IMG/VR virus record: IMGVR_UViG_3300028840_006907
Span: 256,001-320,000 of that record
Length of the DNA: 64,000 nt
Direction: 5' to 3' (one strand)
DNA from: a virus
Position numbers and translations under genes: made by a program. Positions 10,210-19,101 of the stretch are shown piece after piece (the first letter of the stretch is position 1; each line of letters starts with the position of its first letter). Below the pieces are notes generated by a model. It was not told the origin of the DNA. It was given only the letters and a program-made list of their open reading frames with translations, and did no database searches.

Positions 10210-10226
10210 TTAATAATCTTTTGATA
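10210..10226 (+). promoter_or_regulatory. conserved 17-nt motif TTAATAATCTTTTGATA (copy 1)
   Basis: Starts 2 nt after the stop of 9276-10208; near-identical copies at 14813, 15260, 19013, 27282, 58149. Confidence 0.5.
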
Positions 10227-10284
10227 CGAAAGCTATATATAGATAGTAATAAAATCCAAATAACAAATACAGATAGGAGATAGT

Positions 10285-10464
10285 ATGAATCAGGTTGATA
10301 TTGAAAGAGAACGTCTTGCTTTTGATGAAAAAGTAGCACTTGCTGAATTAGAGGAAGCGAAAGCAAATCAGAGAGTGAAAGAAATTAAATATCAAAAAGC
10401 TCGTTTTTGTTTAGAAATTTTCGTAGCGAATGCTCGGGAAGAAACTCAAAAAACACAAGGATAG
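10285..10464 (+). CDS. small hypothetical protein (59 aa, predicted helical)
   Basis: ATG preceded by AGGAGA; below the ORF-track size cut-off; fills the gap between motif copy 1 and the next gene. Confidence 0.4.
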   Translation: MNQVDIERERLAFDEKVALAELEEAKANQRVKEIKYQKARFCLEIFVANAREETQKTQG

Positions 10465-10470
10465 AATTTT

Positions 10471-10782
10471 ATGCCAGGAGAATTAAAAGATCCTGAACAA
10501 TCTATACCTTTTCACTATGACCCTAAATATGATCAAGTCCCTGGTGCTAATCAGCCAGGGGCTAGAAATACTGATGGGTATATAGAATCTATTATTATGG
10601 AGAATTTAGGGATAAGAGTCAGTCCTGAGAAGATGGAAATGATCATAGAAAAATTGGACGACAAAGGATTCTTTCATAGAAATCCGGGTAGTCAGGAGTT
10701 CAGGGATGAAGTGGTCAAACTAACTAAACGCTTTGTAATGGCGGGAAGGGTCGCTAGAAAATGCCTGATTTTAATAAATTGA
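10471..10782 (+). CDS. hypothetical protein
   Basis: 103-aa ORF directly upstream of the portal region. Confidence 0.5.
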   Translation: MPGELKDPEQSIPFHYDPKYDQVPGANQPGARNTDGYIESIIMENLGIRVSPEKMEMIIEKLDDKGFFHRNPGSQEFRDEVVKLTKRFVMAGRVARKCLILIN

Positions 10783-11141
10783 TAACTGAAATTGATGATG
10801 ATAGTAAAGACATAAAGATAAAATTAGGAAATTTATTTGAAAAATATGAAAATCTTTATCGGGAAGGGAATAGACAGTTTAGAACAGAGAGAATAGCTTC
10901 TGCTGGGTCAATGGATGGTCTGGAAGAATTTCGTCGTTTGATGCTTATTGTAAAAAGAAATAAGGATGTAGTGGCCTCGCTAATGCGGGGTATAGCTAAT
11001 TTTAGGTCTATTTCAAATTTTAAGTTTGTAGAAGAGGAAGTAGAAATTTCAAAACCGAAACCAAAGAAAACAAAGAAAGCTACTCCTGAAAAAGTGATCA
11101 TACCTATACCAATAGTAGCGGAGGAATTTAATGGCGAATAA
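10761..11141 (+). CDS. hypothetical protein
   Basis: 126-aa ORF overlapping the previous by 22 nt; K/E-rich C-terminus. Confidence 0.5.
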   Translation: MPDFNKLITEIDDDSKDIKIKLGNLFEKYENLYREGNRQFRTERIASAGSMDGLEEFRRLMLIVKRNKDVVASLMRGIANFRSISNFKFVEEEVEISKPKPKKTKKATPEKVIIPIPIVAEEFNGE

Positions 11142-14100
11142 ACGAATAAGAGTTGTAACAGCGCAAGATAATGTACCGAAACGGGCAACTCGAAGAAAAG
11201 TAGTCAGCAGGGATACTAATCCTAAGGTGACAAATCTTACAGATAATGAAAAAAGAGCCAGACGGATTGCTACAACAACATCTATGGGATTCGGTCTTCG
11301 TTCTGCAAGTGATATTGTAAATAGCAGTGAAGCAAACTTTTACTCCCCCCAATTAAGTACTGATTTTCTTGAGAAGCCACAGAATCTACGTGAACGTAGA
11401 GCCTTTTATAGATTCTTTTATAATACGAATGAAATTATCGGACAATCTATTGATATTCATTCCACATTACCTCTTTCGAAATTGCGTCTCGTTCCTCCAA
11501 AAGGGAGAAATAAACATCAGAACAATTACGTTTTTAAGTTTTTCCAAAAGATGTGTGATGAAATGAAGCTCTTTAAAACACTTATTGAGATAACTCATGA
11601 ATACTTTCTTTTTGGTAATTGCTTGGCTAAGTATGCCGAGGTAAAGACTCCCTTTGGGTATAAGGAAGCGAAAGAGATAGAAGTAGGTGACTTCTTATTG
11701 ACAGATAAAGGGCGCTATAGGAAAGTCTTGAAGAAATGTGTAAGACCTTCTGAAAATGTTCTCAAAGTTAAATGTTGGAAAGATTTTAGGGAATTACCTG
11801 TTTCTGAAGAACATCCTATAGAAATATTAAAAGATGATGGCTTTGTTTTTGCCCAAGCTGAGGAATTGTCCTTAAACGACTATATCCGAGTTACTTGGCC
11901 TACTGAAATATCTGATAAAGAATATGTTCCTTTTGAATTTACAGATAAATATACAAAAGTGGAAAATGGCTATGAGTTAAAATTTGAAGTACTGCGTACC
12001 AGAAATCCTCATGCTTTCCGTGCTCGAAAAGAATTATTATCATGGCTAAGTTCTTTATCTAAACCAGTAATAAGGACAAGAAAACAGTTGTCCGAAGATT
12101 TTGATGTTCCTCTTTCCACATTGAATAATGTGATTTATAAACTTGGGAAAGAACTTGATGTAAAATTTCATGAAAGAATAGGTGCTTCAGGTTTTCAAAA
12201 AGGTTCTCAAGTAAAATGGTTTCCTATTGAGGACATAGAAGTCACGGATTCCTATAGTATTCATAAAACCCTATTTTTAGATGCTATTGATGGAATTGAT
12301 ATCAATAATGATTTTGCGTATCTTGCAGGATATTGGTTGGGAGATGGCACTTTGGCTCGTGATTCGCAAAGAGGGACATGGGGTCGTGGTTTGTGGCAAA
12401 TTTCAGTAGACCAGGAATTTGAAGGTTTAAATCGGATACGAAGTATTTTACATAATTTTTTTGGTTCTGGTAATGTGATAGAATGGAATTCGGGTAATCT
12501 ACTTTATTTAAAAGTTATCTCAAATCCTGCTTTTTTAGAATGGTGGGCTGAAAATTTTGGTGAAACTTCTTTCGGTAGAAATTATAAAAGAATTCCTGAA
12601 TGGTTTATAAAACTTCCTATGGAAAAACTTCAAAATTTTCTGGCAGGTTTGATAGATTCAGATGGTTGTATTAGTGTGAGTGGTGAAAATCAGAAATGTA
12701 TAACGAATATCTCAATGGCGTCTCGAAATATAATGGATTCTGTAAGAGACATAACTTTAAAATGTGGTGTTGTAGTGAATTACAACGAAGGAACTGAAAG
12801 AGAAGTTACTTTACCACAGGGAGACAAATGTTTCTCAAAAAAAATGTATACTGTAACAGCCTCAGATGAAGAATCCTGTAAAATTTTAACTCAATATGCC
12901 ACAAAAAGTATACCTGTAGATGCCCAATTCTCAGAAATGGGAAGATATTGGATAAGAACTGATTCAGGTTTAGCCTTCAAAATTAAGTCTATAAAAACAG
13001 AAGAATATAATGATTTAGTATACAATTTTGAAGTAGAAGAAGACCATACCTATCAAGTAGCTGGTTTTAGTACTCATAATTGCTTTATTTTTGCTGAAGA
13101 AGATGATTGGAAGGAAGGTATAACTACCGAAAACATAGGACAGAAAAAAGAAGAGGCCAAACAACGTTCCCAGCTCCTTAAAGATAAATTTGATATTAAG
13201 GATAAGAATCCTCTTTATAAAGGATGGAAAAAGCTTCTTATACTTCCTCCTGACCAGGTTAGGGTTCGTAAACTTCCTCTTACTGATGAGGTAGCAATTG
13301 AATATATGCCTGATCCGGAAACTCGAAAATTTCTGACTTCTGATATACCAATTGATCCTACAGATCCTACAAGAAGGTTAGACTATTCTATTTCTAATGA
13401 ATTGCGGGAAAAAGTACGTCAAAGTGGGGTTATACCTTTGGATACCGATCCTTATACAGGTTCACATGTTTTTCATCTGGCAAGAAAGAAATCACAATAT
13501 GAGCCTCTTGGTGTATCTATCGTTGAGCGTTGCATAAATACTCTTGTTTTAATGGATAAATTGAGACAGGCTCAGACATCGATTGCATCGCGTCACATGA
13601 CTCCTATGCGTGTTGTATGGGCTGAGGACTTAAATTCGGATGATGTCGATAATTTACGTGAGCAGGTTGATCTTGCTTTAGTAGATCCTGATTTCAGTAT
13701 TATTGCCAATTATGAAATTCACTGGGAAGAAATGGGATCGAATGGCCGTTTATTAGATGTAGAAGCGGAAATGGAAAGCTCATTAAATAGATTATTTGCC
13801 GGATTAGGTGTGACTCGGGAAATGTTAACTGGTGAAGGTACTTATACAGGGAGTAGAGTTTCATTAGAAATAATGAATACTATGTATCTTCTTTTCCGTG
13901 AAGTGCTCCAGGATTATATAGAAAATACATTGTTTAAGCCTATAGCTAAAAAGAAGGGTTTTATAGAATATGATGAATATGGTAATGAGACACTTCTTTA
14001 TCCGAAAATCAGTTTTACCCGATTGGCTATTAGAGATAATGAGCAATATTTTGACGCAGCCTTTCAGTTATATCAGAAGGGTTCAATTTCCATCGATCTT

Positions 14101-14484
14101 ATTTTGGATATTCTTAATATTGATCCTGATGCGACCAGGGAAAAGATTGAACAAGATCTGTTTACTGTTAATGATAGTCTTTTCAATGAAATGATGAGAA
14201 ACCTTTATACAAATGTGGCTGCCCCACTTGTAGAGGAAACTAATGTTACTGAGAAATTGGCTAAATATCTTCATTTAGAAAAGACTGAAAAACCTGAGGC
14301 CACAGAAGGTGAATCTCGATTTAGTTCTGTTAATGGAAAGGATTACAGGAAAAAGCTTTCAAAAGTCATGAAATACTTTATTGATAATCCTGAAAAATTA
14401 AATTCCATTTTTGCAAAGAATGGACAGTTAAAACCTAAACAAGCGAGAAATAATCAATGCGTTGTCGCTCAATCCCGGAATTAA
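11131..14484 (+). CDS. portal protein interrupted by an intein
   Basis: 1117 aa; GGAGG RBS; exteins (aa 1-163 and 651-1117) total ~630 aa and carry a portal-like LFAGLGVTREMLTGEG motif; sits upstream of scaffold-like and capsid-like genes. Confidence 0.6.
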   Translation: MANKRIRVVTAQDNVPKRATRRKVVSRDTNPKVTNLTDNEKRARRIATTTSMGFGLRSASDIVNSSEANFYSPQLSTDFLEKPQNLRERRAFYRFFYNTNEIIGQSIDIHSTLPLSKLRLVPPKGRNKHQNNYVFKFFQKMCDEMKLFKTLIEITHEYFLFGNCLAKYAEVKTPFGYKEAKEIEVGDFLLTDKGRYRKVLKKCVRPSENVLKVKCWKDFRELPVSEEHPIEILKDDGFVFAQAEELSLNDYIRVTWPTEISDKEYVPFEFTDKYTKVENGYELKFEVLRTRNPHAFRARKELLSWLSSLSKPVIRTRKQLSEDFDVPLSTLNNVIYKLGKELDVKFHERIGASGFQKGSQVKWFPIEDIEVTDSYSIHKTLFLDAIDGIDINNDFAYLAGYWLGDGTLARDSQRGTWGRGLWQISVDQEFEGLNRIRSILHNFFGSGNVIEWNSGNLLYLKVISNPAFLEWWAENFGETSFGRNYKRIPEWFIKLPMEKLQNFLAGLIDSDGCISVSGENQKCITNISMASRNIMDSVRDITLKCGVVVNYNEGTEREVTLPQGDKCFSKKMYTVTASDEESCKILTQYATKSIPVDAQFSEMGRYWIRTDSGLAFKIKSIKTEEYNDLVYNFEVEEDHTYQVAGFSTHNCFIFAEEDDWKEGITTENIGQKKEEAKQRSQLLKDKFDIKDKNPLYKGWKKLLILPPDQVRVRKLPLTDEVAIEYMPDPETRKFLTSDIPIDPTDPTRRLDYSISNELREKVRQSGVIPLDTDPYTGSHVFHLARKKSQYEPLGVSIVERCINTLVLMDKLRQAQTSIASRHMTPMRVVWAEDLNSDDVDNLREQVDLALVDPDFSIIANYEIHWEEMGSNGRLLDVEAEMESSLNRLFAGLGVTREMLTGEGTYTGSRVSLEIMNTMYLLFREVLQDYIENTLFKPIAKKKGFIEYDEYGNETLLYPKISFTRLAIRDNEQYFDAAFQLYQKGSISIDLILDILNIDPDATREKIEQDLFTVNDSLFNEMMRNLYTNVAAPLVEETNVTEKLAKYLHLEKTEKPEATEGESRFSSVNGKDYRKKLSKVMKYFIDNPEKLNSIFAKNGQLKPKQARNNQCVVAQSRN
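11620..13080 (+). mobile_element. intein with LAGLIDADG homing-endonuclease domain (in-frame within portal gene)
   Basis: Begins with Cys after FGN, ends ...STHN followed by Cys; two LAGLIDADG motifs (LAGYWLGDGTL, LAGLIDSDGCI); 487 codons. Confidence 0.75.
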
Positions 14485-14816
14485 TCCGTTTAATTGCTAA
14501 AGAGATGGATAATGAGGGTGAGGTTGTTAAGAAGTTTAAGGCCAAACCAAAAAATAAACCTCCTCGTCGAAAGCCTTCTATTCAGAATGAAAGTAGTAAA
14601 TCTGATTATATGAAGAATTATATGGAAGAGTATCGGGGAGATGGTAAGGATTATCAAAAGAAGCCTGAATTGATAAAAGAACTTCGAAAGAAGCAAAGAG
14701 AACGTTTAAAGGGTAAAAAATTGCTAAAAGCTTCTGGTAATGTTGGCATAGGATCTAATACTCCTGTACGTGAATTATATATAACAGAGTCTTCTGATAT
14801 TCTATTTATAGATTAA
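14457..14816 (+). CDS. hypothetical basic protein
   Basis: 119-aa K/R-rich ORF overlapping portal 3' end; true start may be an internal ATG. Confidence 0.45.
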   Translation: MRCRSIPELIRLIAKEMDNEGEVVKKFKAKPKNKPPRRKPSIQNESSKSDYMKNYMEEYRGDGKDYQKKPELIKELRKKQRERLKGKKLLKASGNVGIGSNTPVRELYITESSDILFID

Positions 14817-14829
14817 TAATCTTTTGATA
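14813..14829 (+). promoter_or_regulatory. conserved 17-nt motif TTAATAATCTTTTGATA (copy 2)
   Basis: Overlaps stop codon of 14457-14816; 41 nt upstream of ATG at 14871. Confidence 0.5.
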
Positions 14830-14870
14830 TTTATTTGATTCTTCCAAGTTTAGAGAGAAGGAATAAAGGT

Positions 14871-15257
14871 ATGTCGAAGAAAAAAGGTTTAGGACAACAT
14901 GTTGAGAAATCTCTTACTGTGATGGATGATCTAGCAAAGGGTTTAAAAGATTTTGCTCATATGCCTTTGAAAAAAGGTTTAGTTTCAAACGATACCTATG
15001 ACGATGATATAGGGAAATTAATTAATAGTGCTAAGGAAGAGGCTTTTGCCCTTATTAATAAAATCGATGATTTAAAGCATAAAGTAAAGGGTATGAAGAA
15101 AAAGCACAATAGCCGTTTTGCTAGAAATGTTGTAGCTCGTTTTCTTGAGTCTAAGACTGAGATGGAAGAGTGGGTAAAAACGGTTAAAGAAGAAAAAGTT
15201 AGTGAAGATCCTGAAAAATGGGTAAAAACAGTCAAAGAGAAAAAGGTTCAGAAATAA
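14871..15257 (+). CDS. hypothetical protein
   Basis: Start chosen at ATG with AGAAGGA RBS (track start 14835); C-terminal short repeat EEWVKTVKEEKV/EKWVKTVKEKKV. Confidence 0.5.
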   Translation: MSKKKGLGQHVEKSLTVMDDLAKGLKDFAHMPLKKGLVSNDTYDDDIGKLINSAKEEAFALINKIDDLKHKVKGMKKKHNSRFARNVVARFLESKTEMEEWVKTVKEEKVSEDPEKWVKTVKEKKVQK

Positions 15258-15259
15258 GA

Positions 15260-15276
15260 TTAATAATCTTCTAATA
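15260..15276 (+). promoter_or_regulatory. conserved 17-nt motif, variant TTAATAATCTTCTAATA (copy 3)
   Basis: Starts 3 nt after the stop at 15257; 41 nt upstream of ATG 15318. Confidence 0.45.
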
Positions 15277-15317
15277 ATGCTTTAAAAGGCAACAATAATA
15301 AATAAAGGTATTTAGCG

Positions 15318-15887
15318 ATGAATATTATTTTATTAGTCCCCAAAGTGGTACAAAATTATATAGGTCAATTTCCAGAAGTTAGACATAATGCATATAATTA
15401 TTTCAATTATGATAACAGAATCATAGATGAAAGAGTTAATCGTCATGATCAAAAGCCCCCTTATAAAGGGCCAGATGATTTTTCTAATCCGGATTATGAC
15501 GCTTTGATTACATATGCTAAAACTATAATAAATCCTATTCTAGCTAAATATAGTATGAAAGTGGCTCATGAGGATGCTCTTCATACAGCAATTCGTGATT
15601 TCAATAACGGTTTATTCGATGGTAAAGTTAATGCCTCTAAATTTGAAGTATTGTTGAAAGGGATGGCTTTACCTGCAGTGCCAATGCAACCTCCTTGTCC
15701 GTGTGGGGTTATGGCCAAGAAAGAAGATAAAAAAGAAAAACCTACTGAAATTAAACCTCATGTTTTAAAACAGTTAGGTTTAAGTCCTAAAGATATTCCA
15801 ATGAGACAAGTTGTTAAAAAAGTGGTGCAAAGAGGTAAGGCACCCCTTGTTGTTCGTGAAAAAGGTAAGCATATAATTAAGAAATAA
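15318..15887 (+). CDS. hypothetical protein
   Basis: 189-aa ORF with ATG start. Confidence 0.55.
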   Translation: MNIILLVPKVVQNYIGQFPEVRHNAYNYFNYDNRIIDERVNRHDQKPPYKGPDDFSNPDYDALITYAKTIINPILAKYSMKVAHEDALHTAIRDFNNGLFDGKVNASKFEVLLKGMALPAVPMQPPCPCGVMAKKEDKKEKPTEIKPHVLKQLGLSPKDIPMRQVVKKVVQRGKAPLVVREKGKHIIKK

Positions 15888-15917
15888 ATTTACAAAAAAA
15901 TACTAAGGAGGATTGTA

Positions 15918-16250
15918 ATGGCTCTTAAGAATGCGAAAGAATATACTGAAAGATTAGACAAAATCGCTGATAAAATTGAAAAGATTTCTCCAGAACTTGC
16001 TCTCTGCATAGATAAAATCTCAGATGTTATTGAGGGCAAAAAAGATGCTTCTACTCTTAAGTTTGATCCAGATGAAGCAAAATACATGGCTAATCGTTTT
16101 AACTTTGATGTACGTCAACGTGAAGCTGATGAACCTTACATGGATAATTTCAACAAGAGTGATTTCGAACAAGTAATGGATGAAAAGAAAAATCCAGAGC
16201 CAATCCGTACTGCAAGCGTTCCTTATCAAAAAGTACAAGAAGAAAAATAA
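15918..16250 (+). CDS. hypothetical protein
   Basis: 110 aa; strong RBS TAAGGAGG. Confidence 0.6.
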   Translation: MALKNAKEYTERLDKIADKIEKISPELALCIDKISDVIEGKKDASTLKFDPDEAKYMANRFNFDVRQREADEPYMDNFNKSDFEQVMDEKKNPEPIRTASVPYQKVQEEK

Positions 16251-16283
16251 TTTTTGTTCTCTTTTGATTTAAGGAGGTAATTA

Positions 16284-16820
16284 ATGCCTGCATTATATCC
16301 ATCAGCGGTGGCACCTGAGGCTTTTAAACCAGGTGAATGCGTTAGAAGGTTTGTAACGGAATGGAATGTTACTCCCTATTTGGGTGTTGTGTCACATATT
16401 GTTCCGGCAACTAGTAAAGTATGGGTTCAATGGCCTTTTGGGTCTCAACCTGAAGATCCTGAATTTCTTGTTAAAGTAAATCCTGATGTTGCAGGAATGC
16501 CTACAGCTTTTATTGATCGAGGTTATAACTCTTATGAGAAGACTTTGTCGGAAAAGGCTTATGGAGCTATTCCTAAAAGAATAATACCTAGTCGTGACTG
16601 TGTTAAACCTATAGTTGTTACTGCTCGGGATAAAATGGCCATACGTATTGCTCATACATTTGCTACTCGGACGATAGGGAGTCTTGTTGATGACATTGAA
16701 GGTTGTTTAAAAGATGGTATGACAGATGTACAGACCTATAATAAAATCTTTAATAAATATGGGACTATATGTTCTGATTATATCATAAAATCTTCAATTA
16801 AAAAGATTTATCAATCGTAA
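16284..16820 (+). CDS. hypothetical protein
   Basis: 178 aa; RBS AAGGAGG. Confidence 0.6.
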   Translation: MPALYPSAVAPEAFKPGECVRRFVTEWNVTPYLGVVSHIVPATSKVWVQWPFGSQPEDPEFLVKVNPDVAGMPTAFIDRGYNSYEKTLSEKAYGAIPKRIIPSRDCVKPIVVTARDKMAIRIAHTFATRTIGSLVDDIEGCLKDGMTDVQTYNKIFNKYGTICSDYIIKSSIKKIYQS

Positions 16821-16830
16821 GGAGATATCA

Positions 16831-17127
16831 ATGATACATAAATGGACTACTAAGTTCGGGCCAGTAGTTTTAATTACTCCCGAATCAGAAGGTAGAAGGA
16901 GACCTACAGTAGGAATTTTTTCAAAAGGTTATGAGGGTTACGCTGTAGGTAATAAAGCAAATGTGCTTAAGACTCTTATAGAGACTAAAGCTCATTTTAC
17001 TCAGGAGAAAGATGAAAAACCCGATGTTTCAGATAAAGTAAAAAGCCCTATTAAAAAGTTTTCATTTGCAAATGTGATTCGTGTTTATGCGAAAAAATTA
17101 GAGGAGAAGAATAATGTTTCTTCATAA
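16831..17127 (+). CDS. hypothetical protein
   Basis: 98 aa; RBS AAGGAGA. Confidence 0.5.
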   Translation: MIHKWTTKFGPVVLITPESEGRRRPTVGIFSKGYEGYAVGNKANVLKTLIETKAHFTQEKDEKPDVSDKVKSPIKKFSFANVIRVYAKKLEEKNNVSS

Positions 17128-17416
17128 ATATAAGGATGAATCAGGGACTTTTTATGGTTTGACGGGTTCGAGTAATTCTAATAATGTGAAGCTATTAGCA
17201 GATTCTGTAGGAAAGAATGTTATCCCGGCTGACCGGGTTAAGAATGCTCTTGCCCTTATAGAAGCTGCCTTTAGGGAGAAGCCTGAGGAAAAGAAACCAG
17301 AACCTGAGAAAAAGAAACCCGAGAAAGAAGAGAAGTCTGAAAAAAAGGAAAAAACAGCTATTTCGGATGTAATCCGTAAATACGGGCTGACGCTAAATTC
17401 ACTAGATAAGGAATAA
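17114..17416 (+). CDS. hypothetical protein (K/E-rich)
   Basis: 100 aa; RBS GGAGAAG; overlaps previous gene by 14 nt. Confidence 0.5.
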   Translation: MFLHKYKDESGTFYGLTGSSNSNNVKLLADSVGKNVIPADRVKNALALIEAAFREKPEEKKPEPEKKKPEKEEKSEKKEKTAISDVIRKYGLTLNSLDKE

Positions 17417-17420
17417 TTAT

Positions 17421-18989
17421 ATGGCAATGCTAAAATACGGCTCGGCTGTTATAATCGATTCTGAAGTAAGCACTGATCAGTGGTCTAAGAGTGTTTGTTG
17501 CGGTAATAAAGGTAAACATTCTTGTGGTGAAGGTAAATGCCGGGTCAAGATTGCTAAAAATGTATTTGCTAAATATACTCCTGAGAAATACTTATTGAGC
17601 CATTGTACGATTATAGCTGCAGTTGATACTGAATTAGCTAATCCTTCTGATCCTAAAAGTGATTATTATATCCATCCTAATTTTTCCAAATATGTAAATA
17701 ATAATGGTGATGCATGGTCAAAGCAGATGCTTGCTTCATGTTACCGTTCTTTTATAGGTTCCCATAATTACTTGGAACATGTACAAATACCCGAACTCAG
17801 TAAGGGGAGGGTAATTGATGCTATTCTGAGAGAAGTCCCTATAGGACGAGATAAACAGGGTAAAGAGTTAACAACCTATTATGTTGATATTCTTGTTGCT
17901 ACTGAGAGAAAGCATAAACAGTTAATAGCTGATATTCAATCAAAGAAGCTTAATTCTCTTAGTATGGGATGTAAAATAGCTTATAGCATATGTACTAAAT
18001 GTGGTAAAAAGGCAGTAGATGAAACAGAGGCTTGTCAGCATATTCGTTTTGAAAAGAACAATATGTTTTATGATAATAATGGTGTTCAACGTAAGGTAGC
18101 TGAATTGTGTGGCCATTATTCTGAGCCTGAGAGTGTTACTTTCATCGATGCTTCATGGGTAAAAAATCCTGCATTTACTGGTGCTGTAATTCGAAATATC
18201 GTTAATCCACCAGAAAACATCTTGGCTAAAATTGAGGAAGCTAGTAAAAAAGAAAGTTATCTGATTCAAGAAGATGATTTTCTTAAGGCTGCTCATAAAA
18301 TAGCCCAGGATCCTCCAGCAGAAGAAGAACCTCCTGCAGAGGAAGAGACTGCTCCTGATACTGAGGCACCAGAAGCTCCTCCTGAAGAAGCTACTCCAGC
18401 CGATGAAGGTGGTGCTGTTGAAGAGCCTCCTGCCGAGTTACCTGAGGTAGATCAGAATAATGTCAAGACTTGGAAAAATGAGGTAAAGAAAAAGGTCCTT
18501 CAAGAATTGGGTGATGAATTAGTTGAAGAGATGACAAAAGAAGATGATATGGGACCTCGTGAATTAGAAACTTTGGATGATAGTTTAATTCAACCAACCG
18601 CATCTCAAGCATTAAAGCGTATGTGGGTATTAAAGGAAGGTTGGAATAAATTCCTGAAGGAAACGACAAATGGTTTAAGTAAAGATAATCATGATCGGTT
18701 AAAATTCGGTGCTTTCATAATGTTGAATAGCAATGATCCTAAAGTTTTATCTCATTATGGTTATAACCGTAGGGATTTTTTAGCAGTGATGTCTTACATA
18801 GATCAATTTTTTAAGAATCGTTTACCAGTAAGAGTGAAGAAAGCAGTAGCTAAGCTCAATGGTACGAAGGATTTATCATTAAAAGATACTGTACATTCTT
18901 TACAAAAGCTTTCGGGAAAAAGGCTTGCTGAAAAAGAAATTAAGAAGTCTTTAGTGTGGTTAAAATTAATGGATTTGTACAAAGAATAA
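17421..18989 (+). CDS. hypothetical head-module protein with Cys clusters and acidic Pro/Glu-rich segment
   Basis: 522 aa; CCGNKGKHSCGEGKC and CTKCGK...C motifs; low-complexity PPAEEEPPAEEE segment; lies between portal and scaffold-like gene (no protease motifs recognised). Confidence 0.6.
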   Translation: MAMLKYGSAVIIDSEVSTDQWSKSVCCGNKGKHSCGEGKCRVKIAKNVFAKYTPEKYLLSHCTIIAAVDTELANPSDPKSDYYIHPNFSKYVNNNGDAWSKQMLASCYRSFIGSHNYLEHVQIPELSKGRVIDAILREVPIGRDKQGKELTTYYVDILVATERKHKQLIADIQSKKLNSLSMGCKIAYSICTKCGKKAVDETEACQHIRFEKNNMFYDNNGVQRKVAELCGHYSEPESVTFIDASWVKNPAFTGAVIRNIVNPPENILAKIEEASKKESYLIQEDDFLKAAHKIAQDPPAEEEPPAEEETAPDTEAPEAPPEEATPADEGGAVEEPPAELPEVDQNNVKTWKNEVKKKVLQELGDELVEEMTKEDDMGPRELETLDDSLIQPTASQALKRMWVLKEGWNKFLKETTNGLSKDNHDRLKFGAFIMLNSNDPKVLSHYGYNRRDFLAVMSYIDQFFKNRLPVRVKKAVAKLNGTKDLSLKDTVHSLQKLSGKRLAEKEIKKSLVWLKLMDLYKE

Positions 18990-19012
18990 GTGAAAAAAAG
19001 TTAAGTACAATA

Positions 19013-19029
19013 GTTTCAATTATTAATAA
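19013..19029 (+). promoter_or_regulatory. conserved 17-nt motif, variant TTAATAATCTTTTAATA (copy 4)
   Basis: Intergenic, 72 nt upstream of ATG 19102. Confidence 0.45.
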
Positions 19030-19101
19030 TCTTTTAATATTGGTATGATGGACAACAAAAAAGATTAAAAATAAAAGATAAATATTCATAGGAGGTTAAA
19101 C

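Noticed and set aside
11131-14484. Large terminase or DNA polymerase as host protein of the intein
   Set aside because: Exteins lack Walker A/B or polymerase motifs and carry a portal-like A.G.P..L motif; position ahead of scaffold and capsid genes supports portal.
10856-18669. Assorted antisense ORFs inside head-module genes (10856-11188, 11128-11352, 13864-14046, 14083-14274, 14490-14696, 14996-15235, 16392-16655, 17152-17427, 18463-18669)
   Set aside because: Each is fully contained within a longer + strand gene with better start context; translations are hydrophobic low-complexity.
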